Both the position numbers and the translations under genes were made by a program. From Nemertoderma westbladi (taxonomy: Eukaryota; Animalia; Xenacoelomorpha): a stretch of 64,000 nucleotides of DNA. The DNA is taken from contig JAUCBJ010005512.1 of NCBI GenBank assembly GCA_032718475.1, positions 90,270 to 154,269 of the forward strand, written 5' to 3'. The notes beneath the pieces are model-generated. The model was not told the origin of the DNA. It did no database searches and saw only the letters and a program-made list of their open reading frames with translations. Positions 12,544-23,000 of this stretch are shown in pieces. The stretch's first letter is position 1. The number at the start of each line of letters is the position of its first letter.

Positions 12544-13670
12544 TCACTGCCCCTGTTCCGCCACGTGCATTAGAGTTTCATAGTTCGTAAGGGCGGTTCC
12601 TACATCAGATGAGAATGGCAGTTGTTTGATAGTAAATACCATGGATAAATAGTCCTGATAGATATTTCTATACTGTGGCACTATGATATGGTCCATTAAA
12701 GAATTTAAATCATGAACCGAGATCTCTGAATTGAAACATCTTCTGAAAGATAGTACAAACAATCCGGACGTCCATTTACTCTACTATACTGGGACTTTCT
12801 TATTAGGTGTGTGTTCCACTGTTCTTTCACGAGATTGAGTTCGTCCTGAATTATCCCAGAAAAACAGTACCATAAGCACTCTTTTGCTAGTGGGGAACTC
12901 AAGTCTATGACACCGCGTGCTTCTAGATCACCGAAAAAATTCCGCCACCACAATGATCGTGTTTTCGAAAACTGAGACCACCAGGCCTCGATACGCTGAT
13001 TATGCTGGGAGGAAACATAACGGTGAGCGTTTATATTTTGATGTAGAAAGGCTTGAATAGAAGCAGCGATACAGTTTTCTGTACCGAGATCGCTAATTAG
13101 TTTTTGGGGATAACCTAAGTTTCTAATGGTGTTGAGAAACAAAGAAGCAATGTTATCGGGGCAGTTATTTGAACGGATCACATTTAACCAAAGTATCTTG
13201 CGGCTATAACCATCAATACAGCCGTGAATAGGGAATCCCCAGGGTTTGAGCTTGTCGTACCCATCTATATGCCAAGTATAGTTGGGTCCTCGACTGTAAT
13301 ATACCCTTCTTTTGAGTTTGTGGCGTTTACGTAGTTCAGTCCCATCAGGGTCAATCTCTTTTAGAAGTTTCTGTACTAACAGACGTGGAACAACTACTCC
13401 CTGTAAACGAAGCGCGTGCCAAACAGTGCGGTATCCTGCAAGACTCCCTGGTCCTTCAATTACATTCTTTATTCTCTCACGAATTGCCTCTTCAGAGATC
13501 AGATGCAGATGATTATTTCCTCTACGTCTATATAAACCATAATGTAGTAGGCGCCTTAGCAATGTCCTAATACTCAAATTTAAACCGAAAGCGTGTAAAA
13601 ATGTTACAATTTCTTTATACGAAAATCCACAATTAAAATAATGAGTGATAAGTTCCTCTTCAGATGCCAT
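12544..13670 (-). CDS. IS3EU DDE transposase (integrase core); ORF 12705-13670 plus a probable frameshifted C-terminus to 12544
   Basis: WHIDGYDKLKPWGFPIHGCIDGYSRKILWL, SDLGTEN and NQRIEAWW supply D-D-E, with an HTH-like N-terminus. The overlapping ORF 12544-12762 looks like the continuation. Confidence 0.85.
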
Positions 13671-13761
13671 ATTACTCTGTGCCGGTACCTAATGTAATGG
13701 GGGTGTAGGTTGAATAAATGCAAAGTTGATAATAAGGAATAAATGAATAATGAATATAATA

Positions 13762-14058
13762 ATGTTGATATCTAAATTTTAATGTTGATAACATAAATGT
13801 TAATGTTGATAACCTAAATGTTAATGTTGATAACATAAATGTTAATGTTGATAACCTAAATGTTAATGTTGATAACCTAAATGTTAATGTTGATAACATA
13901 AATGTTAATGTTGATAACCTAAATGTTAATGTTGATAACCTAAATGTTAATGTTGATAACCTAAATGTTAATGTTGATAACCTAAATGTTAATGTTGATA
14001 ACTAAATGTTAATGTTGATAACCTAAATGTTAATGTTGATAACCTAAATGTTAATGTT
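13762..14058 (-). repeat. Subterminal 21-bp tandem array, right arm of the IS3EU inverted repeat
   Basis: (tgataacctaaatgttaatgt)n, the reverse complement of the left array. Confidence 0.95.
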
Positions 14059-14124
14059 GTTTTATAAATGTTGTATGGCTGTCACTTATGGGCCACCGTA
14101 GGATAGGGAGTAACACACGATATA

Positions 14125-16728
14125 ATAGGATAGGATAGGATAGGATAGGATAGGATAGGATAGGATAGGATAGGATAGGATAGGATAGGATAGGATAGGA
14201 TAGGATAGGATAGGATAGGATAGGATAGGATAGGATAGGATAGGATAGGATAGGATAGGATAGGATAGGATAGGATAGGATAGGATAGGATAGGATAGGA
14301 TAGGATAGGATAGGATAGGATAGGATAGGATAGGATAGGATAGGATAGGATAGGATAGGATAGGATAGGATAGGATAGGATAGGATAGGATAGGATAGGA
14401 TAGGATAGGATAGGGTAGGGTAGGGTAGGATAGGATAGGATAGGATAGGATAGGATAGGATAGGATAGGATAGGATAGGATAGGATAGGATAGGATAGGA
14501 TAGGATAGGATAGGATAGGATAGGATAGGATAGGATAGGATAGGATAGGATAGGATAGGATAGGATAGGATAGGATAGGATAGGATAGGATAGGATAGGA
14601 TAGGATAGGATAGGATAGGATAGGATAGGATAGGATAGGATAGGATAGGATAGGATAGGATAGGATAGGATAGGATAGGATAGGATAGGATAGGATAGGA
14701 TAGGATAGGATAGGATAGGATAGGATAGGATAGGATAGGATAGGATAGGATAGGATAGGATAGGATAGGATAGGATAGGATAGGATAGGATAGGATAGGA
14801 TAGGATAGGATAGGATAGGATAGGATAGGATAGGATAGGATAGGATAGGATAGGATAGGATAGGATAGGATAGGATAGGATAGGATAGGATAGGATAGGA
14901 TAGGATAGGATAGGATAGGATAGGATAGGATAGGATAGGATAGGATAGGATAGGATAGGATAGGATAGGATAGGATAGGATAGGATAGGATAGGATAGGA
15001 TAGGATAGGATAGGATAGGATAGGATAGGATAGGATAGGATAGGATAGGATAGGATAGGATAGGATAGGATAGGATAGGATAGGATAGGATAGGATAGGA
15101 TAGGATAGGATAGGATAGGATAGGATAGGATAGGATAGGATAGGATAGGATAGGATAGGATAGGATAGGATAGGATAGGATAGGATAGGATAGGATAGGA
15201 TAGGATAGGATAGGATAGGATAGGATAGGATAGGATAGGATAGGATAGGATAGGATAGGATAGGATAGGATAGGATAGGATAGGATAGGATAGGATAGGA
15301 TAGGATAGGATAGGATAGGATAGGATAGGATAGGATAGGATAGGATAGGATAGGATAGGATAGGATAGGATAGGATAGGATAGGATAGGATAGGATAGGA
15401 TAGGATAGGATAGGATAGGATAGGATAGGATAGGATAGGATAGGATAGGATAGGATAGGATAGGATAGGATAGGATAGGATAGGATAGGATAGGATAGGA
15501 TAGGATAGGATAGGATAGGATAGGATAGGATAGGATAGGATAGGATAGGATAGGATAGGATAGGATAGGATAGGATAGGATAGGATAGGATAGGATAGGA
15601 TAGGATAGGATAGGATAGGATAGGATAGGATAGGATAGGATAGGATAGGATAGGATAGGATAGGATAGGATAGGATAGGATAGGATAGGATAGGATAGGA
15701 TAGGATAGGATAGGATAGGATAGGATAGGATAGGATAGGATAGGATAGGATAGGATAGGATAGGATAGGATAGGATAGGATAGGATAGGATAGGATAGGA
15801 TAGGATAGGATAGGATAGGATAGGATAGGATAGGATAGGATAGGATAGGATAGGATAGGATAGGATAGGATAGGATAGGATAGGATAGGATAGGATAGGA
15901 TAGGATAGGATAGGATAGGATAGGATAGGATAGGATAGGATAGGATAGGATAGGATAGGATAGGATAGGATAGGATAGGATAGGATAGGATAGGATAGGA
16001 TAGGATAGGATAGGATAGGATAGGATAGGATAGGATAGGATAGGATAGGATAGGATAGGATAGGATAGGATAGGATAGGATAGGATAGGATAGGATAGGA
16101 TAGGATAGGATAGGATAGGATAGGATAGGATAGGATAGGATAGGATAGGATAGGATAGGATAGGATAGGATAGGATAGGATAGGATAGGATAGGATAGGA
16201 TAGGATAGGATAGGATAGGATAGGATAGGATAGGATAGGATAGGATAGGATAGGATAGGATAGGATAGGATAGGATAGGATAGGATAGGATAGGATAGGA
16301 TAGGATAGGATAGGATAGGATAGGATAGGATAGGATAGGATAGGATAGGATAGGATAGGATAGGATAGGATAGGATAGGATAGGATAGGATAGGATAGGA
16401 TAGGATAGGATAGGATAGGATAGGATAGGATAGGATAGGATAGGATAGGATAGGATAGGATAGGATAGGATAGGATAGGATAGGATAGGATAGGATAGGA
16501 TAGGATAGGATAGGATAGGATAGGATAGGATAGGATAGGATAGGATAGGATAGGATAGGATAGGATAGGATAGGATAGGATAGGATAGGATAGGATAGGA
16601 TAGGATAGGATAGGATAGGATAGGATAGGATAGGATAGGATAGGATAGGATAGGATAGGATAGGATAGGATAGGATAGGATAGGATAGGATAGGATAGGA
16701 TAGGATAGGATAGGATAGGATAGGATAG
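14125..16728 (+). repeat. (GGATA)n pentanucleotide microsatellite, ~2.6 kb
   Basis: Nearly perfect; the only interruption seen is three TAGGG units at 14411-14425. Confidence 0.99.
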
Positions 16729-16931
16729 TACAGTATAAAAGCGCAGACTGCTATTTTTTCATCATTATTTGTTATATTAATTCTTTGGCATTAGGCCTAT
16801 TTGTTATATTAATTATTATCAATGCAACAATTTACATCATTATTTATTTGTGTTTTATAATTTTATTTATATTAAGTATTTTTATGTACCATAAACTTTA
16901 TTAAAGCATTTACTAGGGGGATAATTTCTAT

Positions 16932-17042
16932 TGACCCCGCGCCCGTGTAGATTGAATAAAGGCCCACAAGGAGTGAGCGTGACCCCGCGCCCGGGTAGAT
17001 TTAATAAAGGCCCACAAGGAGTGAGCGTGACCCCGCGCCCGG
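16932..17042 (+). repeat. 48-bp satellite, left part (split by BEL-A)
   Basis: Unit gtagatttaataaaggcccacaaggagtgagcgtgaccccgcgcccgg, ~2.3 copies; continues in register at 49554. Confidence 0.93.
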
Positions 17043-18126
17043 TGTAAAAGCTTTTGCGGACATAACAAGTCATTTTTCCGCAATGCGCAGAATACTCTAA
17101 AATAGCCCTAAATTTGTCCAACTACGCGACGGGAAGGGATTGGAGCTGGTGTGACGAAATCTATCAGCTGATTCTTTGTGGATGTGGAATTTTTCTTTGT
17201 TCTGCCTCATTCAGCCAATCAGAGTAATTTTCCCTTTATGTCTAACAGAGGCCTACGGAAACTCGCGCAATGCATTACGGTCTTTGTTTACCTTTTTCTG
17301 AGCCTCAGAACCAGCTCGGAATTCTCTGTGCTTCTGTGAGGAAGTTTCAGACTTTAGCATAGGGACATCAGATGGCTTTGATTATAAGAACGTAAACCTA
17401 TTACCATATCATATCGCACCAACTTACCCAATGCATTACGTAACACATACTGACTGTTCACCGCATTATTTTACTTCTGTTTACGGTCTGTTATTAATTG
17501 TTGTTATATTAATGGATATTGCTGTTATATTTGGAGAATACCGATAAATAATCATAAAACCCCCAATCTTCTTGATTACTGAAGGTAAGAGGAACAGGTT
17601 TACCGGTAGCAACTGCGACTTACATTATATTGGTTTTGTGTGAGCTAAATGCTATTTCATAATCCCTACATGTGTCAGTTGTGACCCTCCTTATATATGA
17701 TCAAATTCAGTGACGGTCGGCAGATTAGTGTGAAGTAGTGTGAAGGTAATAAAGCATCTCCTAAAGAATGCGCTATTTACGAAACTCTGTGGCCATCTAG
17801 TTGTGATTAGTATAAGTCATAACTCTTTTTTATACTTAAAGCACCACGCCCCAAAGGAACTGTTAATATTTCCCCGAAAGTACAGTAAATATATTTGTCA
17901 GAGATAGTAACGATCAATCGAATAATACAGTAGGTCTACACTGCAATAATTTCAAGGCATCCGAATCCAGTCTCCCAAAACCGTGGGTGATAGGTCGCGC
18001 ACGGACTGGCTTCGGCTGATGTAACTTCAGTACATTAGGTAATTGTTAAATGCTAAAGTCGATTTATAAATAAGAGGACAACTAAAATTGGCAGGTTAAA
18101 CTGCTAAAGGTCTAAAAGCGCGAACA
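17043..18126 (+). repeat. BEL-A 5' LTR
   Basis: tgtaaaagcttttgcggac...aaaagcgcgaaca; matches 48599-49548. Confidence 0.95.
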
Positions 18127-18137
18127 GTAATAGATTT
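18127..18137 (+). promoter_or_regulatory. BEL-A PBS position: non-tRNA, complementary to an 11-mer in its own LTR
   Basis: gtaatagattt is the reverse complement of aaatctattac (48949-48959, exact; the 5' LTR copy 17394-17404 has 1 mismatch). No TGG start. Confidence 0.7.
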
Positions 18138-20022
18138 CAAGTTTCTTTATTGCGCCGTAGGCAATAAAGGCGAATGTACCGGTCGGACGGTAAACTGTAG
18201 GCCTAACTGCCCAACCACCCGAACCGGTACTTACAGGTACAGCAGTATTATTCGTTGTGATAATTATATACCGGTAGGTCTTGATATTTAATCGGGACTG
18301 CAGCCCTGGTTTTTATTGAGATTTTACTTATTTCTGTCAGTTTTATTTATCTGTAAGTGTAATATTGAGCAGAAGGCATGTAAGCCTGCTCAGATTGTAT
18401 AAATAATTTGTAGGCCGGATTGTTGTCTAACAGTTGTTAGGTCTGAGGAGATTGCAGTATGTGTAGAGTGTCTGTCCGATAAAGTGCTAGTTAGGAAGGT
18501 GGGGGCATCCAGTGCTGTAAGGTAAATCCCCCCCCCCCCCCCCGAAAGAATAAGTCGTACTACTTGGTTAGAACGCCTACTAACTAACCATTTCGGAGTC
18601 TGTATATACTGTAGTTTATTTAGGCTTGACAGTAGTCTGCCAGCATTTGGTCTGTATTTTATTTGAATAGTCTGCACGGGTAGCGTAATATTTATTATTC
18701 AGAGTCTATGCGAGTATTCGCAACCTCCAATTCCCCAAGTTTATTCCTACAGTAATTGTGCTTGTTATACATACCGTTATAGTTAAATTAACCCCGGTAC
18801 TACATCAGGGCTGCTTGGCGTAGGTAAAGACTGATGATTTTGTGCTCTGGTCACTCCAGCAGATACCGTGGTTCTTTTGGCTGTTCAAGTATATTTAACT
18901 GCTGGTTATTTGTTGTATAAGTACTTGTACCTAATTTAGGGTTTAGAGTACAGTGCTTTCCGAAAGTAATTTAGTGTGTGGGCAGTATATTTGTGTTATA
19001 ACGTGGTTAATAGGCACGTTAGCTCTGGTTGGCTTCGGTAATTAACCTCTAGGTAAGGAGACTCCGGGTACATAATGTAGTACTTATAGAGCTAAGACTA
19101 TAAGTCGTCAGACAGTGGTATTTCCTTATCTGGACAACGCAACTTACTTACTACTACTTTATTGTTTTCAAATACCGTAGTTTCCTGTCAGTTTGTAAGA
19201 ACCAGAAATTCTAACTCCTTGTTAGGCTGGTTTGTAGATTTCTTGTAAAATTACCCTAACAAATTGTACGTGTAACTTGTTATTGTTTATTTAAAGATTG
19301 TAATCTCAACCTGTTTGTAATTGTAAGTAATTGTAAGTAATTTGTAGTGATAAGTAACTTAGTAAAGTAGAATTATCTGTATTAGTGTCCAACAAGTACC
19401 ACTCCACTGAGAGCGTTCAGCTTCTGTGTAGTGACTCCTTATCCAGAAATAATAACATTTATTTCAAATATTGTCAAAACCCCTTGTACGGGTATATATA
19501 TATTTATAAATCAACTCAAACAGATTTATAAAATAGTAGGCCTGTCATACATCAAATAGGTCTTAATATCAGTTGAACTACTGCTTAATATCAGTAATAA
19601 AGTAAAGGGAAGTAACCCTAAAATTCAGAAATTCAGTTATTATTAAATAATTGACATTACCAGTATTTACGGTAAGCTTATTATATTTATTTATATAAAT
19701 TTAGGCTGAAATTATATACCGGTATTCTGTGACTAATCCTAGTCTGTAATAATACTTATATATATACTATAAGTGGGTTTAAGTGGGTTTATAAGTGGCT
19801 TTATTATTTTTAAACCAGACTGATCATAATTATATTGCCATGTAAATTTTGAATTTTTTAACTATACTATAAGTGTATACCGGTATTTTAATATTATATA
19901 TATATCACGTTACACTGAGTAACGGTATCGGTAATTAATTACTAGGCTTACAGTTGATACTGAATTACTAGACTTGCTTTAACTGTCGTTATAGTAGTAG
20001 GCATTCAGCTGTAAAATAAATC

Positions 20023-23000
20023 ATGGCTAACACAAAACAAACACTGTCAGATAGTCTCCTAGAAAGAACAATCTGTGACTCAGATAAGAGTATAGAACAT
20101 CTGAGACCAAAGTCCAAGTCCCCTCCTACTGTAAGAAAGGTCATCCCTACAGTAGTAGTATCAGACCCTAGGCTAGTAAAGCACCATAGGTCTATTATAG
20201 GCACTAGGGCTCAAGTTAAGCGGGACCAAGAGGCAGCTGTTAAACAGCAGCAGCACCCGAGCCGAGAACTTATTTCTCAATGGCAGGATAACTCTAGTAG
20301 TTCAGACACTGAAGAGTTGACGCCCGAGATCGGAGCAAGGATGGCAGAAGCGGTTTATCCAGATCCACTTCTAATTCTTCCTGGGACACTAGAGATCCAG
20401 CTGTATGGAAGAGGTCGGCAGCAGGATATGTCCAGGGATTCTTCAGCTCTTTAGAGCGATTAGAAGAACACTTATTTGAACAACGCCAAGGACCTCAAGA
20501 GCAGGGAGAGCTGCTTTATCAAGTGCAAGAACGAATTTTATGGATCAGACTAATCCTTTCAGCCTTTGAGGAAGCCTCGAAGAGAAGCCAAGACACGTCG
20601 TTGCAAGTGGCCGTAAAGACTTGGTTCCAACGGGTGAGTCTTAAAGTCCAGGGAACGACACAATGGAAAGTTCAGCTAACGGAGCGCATGACCCACGGAG
20701 AATCAACAGACGCTACCTTTTCTCAGGTGGAAGGCGAAGCTACATCCGAAAAACCTCAGAAGAAGGATGCTACGGACATCTATCTGTCGGACTATCAACG
20801 ATTTATAGGTGACAAAGAGCTAAGGAGACGGCTAGCTGGACTTCACCCTAATAGTGAGGGAGCCAAACTCGTTAGATGCGGAAATATTAGCCGCGGAGCA
20901 GGCTAAATTTGATGAAAGCATCCTCATCGCTATGGAACAGGAAGAACAAATAAAGAAACGGCAAATAGAAGACCAAAAGTTGGCAGCAGCGGCAGAAGCT
21001 GAAAGAAAGGCGGCGGAAGCTGAAAGAAAAGCGGCAGTGGCAGAAGCAGAACGGAAGGCATCTGAAGCGACTACCCAACTAGAGCTGGAGAACCTTCAGG
21101 CGAAACAAGATTACTTGAATAAACAAAGGACAGCTACTCAGATGCAACTACCGAGTCGATCTACTCCCAGAAGACAGGGATTTACCTCCTCCGATGAGGG
21201 TGATACAACAGATCCCGAGGGGAAAGGTAATAAATCTCATTCAAGCGGACGTAGAAGAACGCCACGCCGTCAGAAGTTACCTAATTTACCTCCTGCGGTG
21301 AGAAGGCAACTAGCTAATCTAGACTTAAGTAATCAAGAACCTACAGACCAAATTATTAGAGTAGAAAGACTCCCTACTATAGTAGATGAGCCTGAAATAA
21401 TTAGGCCTGTCATTGAAGCCACTCCGGTGATAGAGACCCCTGTACTTCCAGAACCTAACTCTAAATTCCCTTTGCACAGTACTAAACTACATGTGCCCAG
21501 TAGACAAGCCCCAGAACCACATTCAGTCCTGGATGCCGAGCAAGACATAAATGACTCGTCTCCCGTCGCCCCTACGTGTCACCCCGCTACCATGTTGGCG
21601 GCTCCCGCTTCGGCGGTTGAGTGGGTGGACGAGGGACGGCGGGGGATGAATCAGTTGCTCGGGCAGCTGGAGGACCATAAGAACAGGTCTTTCCAGCAGG
21701 TCCGAGAATTGGAAGGGACTGTTCAGCAGTTAAAGGGAACAGTAAGAGAGAGTAGGTTAGAGTTGCAAGAAGTACAACAAAGTATCGCTTTAGAGCGAGA
21801 TAAATTAGTAAATATACAAATGGGTATACCACCACCCCCTGTAACAATGTGTCAGCCCGTTAGGTCTGAAGTATTTCATGGGCAAGGTGTGGAGCCTACA
21901 CGCATCTATACTGCTAGTGAAGTAGAAACTCCTATAGTAAACCCTATTAAGGGTAATTATAAACCCGTTGATAATGATATCCCATACAGATCTGATCATA
22001 ATCCGAGAAATTTATATACCGATAACTCGATATTAAATAATACGATGGCTCAAGAAAGTTTTATACATCAAATGGCTAGAACCGAAGCTTGTCAAGCGGT
22101 AAAGGTGGGAGAGGTCGTCAAGTTCAATGGAGATGAGATGAAATGGTTACCTTTTAATGAATATTATAAAGATAACATACAGAACTCTGTACTATCCAAT
22201 GGAGAGAAACTTAGATTCCTCATCGAGTGCCTGGAAGGACCTCCCAAATTAAAGGCGTTAAAGTTTATTGGACATCCAGATGGATTAAGACAAGTTTGGG
22301 ATACACTAAACATAAGGTATGGTAATAGGACTAACATAGCTAGGTATTTATATGCGAAATTATTAGCGCCCCGAAAGTTTCTTAGCAGTGGGATTATAGA
22401 GTTTTCCGATGAGATTCAGGAGATCTGTAGACAGCTAGATTGGTTAGGTAAGTCTCAAGAATACCAGAGTTCTATGGTTGTTGGAGCCGTAGCATCTACT
22501 TTACCAAAGGGTGGAGTAGGTACGCATTGGGACAAAAAGGTTCTCTATATGATGGACCAGCAACAAAGAGACCCTACCATGGCTGATCTCATGTCATTCT
22601 TAAATGGAGAGGTAAGATTACAGCTCCTAAAGCAGTCCAGAGAGAAGACACCGGAAAGTAAGGTGAGTGAAAAACCCGTTTCTAGAAGAAAGGTAACACC
22701 AGTGTGTTATACGGACGATGGCGAAAGCCAAACCTTATACGAGGAGAACAGCGGTAAGGACATCGAAAGATCGTATTATGTCAATAAAATAAGGAAAGAC
22801 GTAAGTAAATCTAAGTCTCGAACCAGTGACAGGAGAGAACAGGTAACAACTCCTCCTACGTCTCCTAAGAGAATTCATGGAAGAAAGCCCGAGGAAAGAA
22901 CCAGTGTGCACAACACAACACAGGTTAAAGTAAGTAACATCAAACCCAAGTGTGCATTGTGCGATGGGCCACATCGCTTGAGTGAGTGTGATGAATTCTT

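Larger units (their letters stand above)
10372..14100. mobile_element. IS3EU-type DNA transposon, full-length boundaries
   Basis: TIRs tacggtggcccataagtgacagccatacaacatttataaaacaa / exact reverse complement ending at 14100. 6-bp TSD ggatag at 10366-10371 and 14101-14106. Two convergent ORFs, one an integrase-like DDE transposase. TAY..RTA termini with a 6-bp TSD and two ORFs match IS3EU. Confidence 0.88.

Noticed and set aside
14125-16728. True telomere
   Set aside because: Internal position, and the unit is TAGGA rather than TTAGG or TTAGGG.
18150-18165. ttgcgccgtaggca as a degenerate tRNA-Ser PBS
   Set aside because: It is over 20 nt from the LTR, lacks TGG, differs in BEL-C, and is explained by the hairpin.
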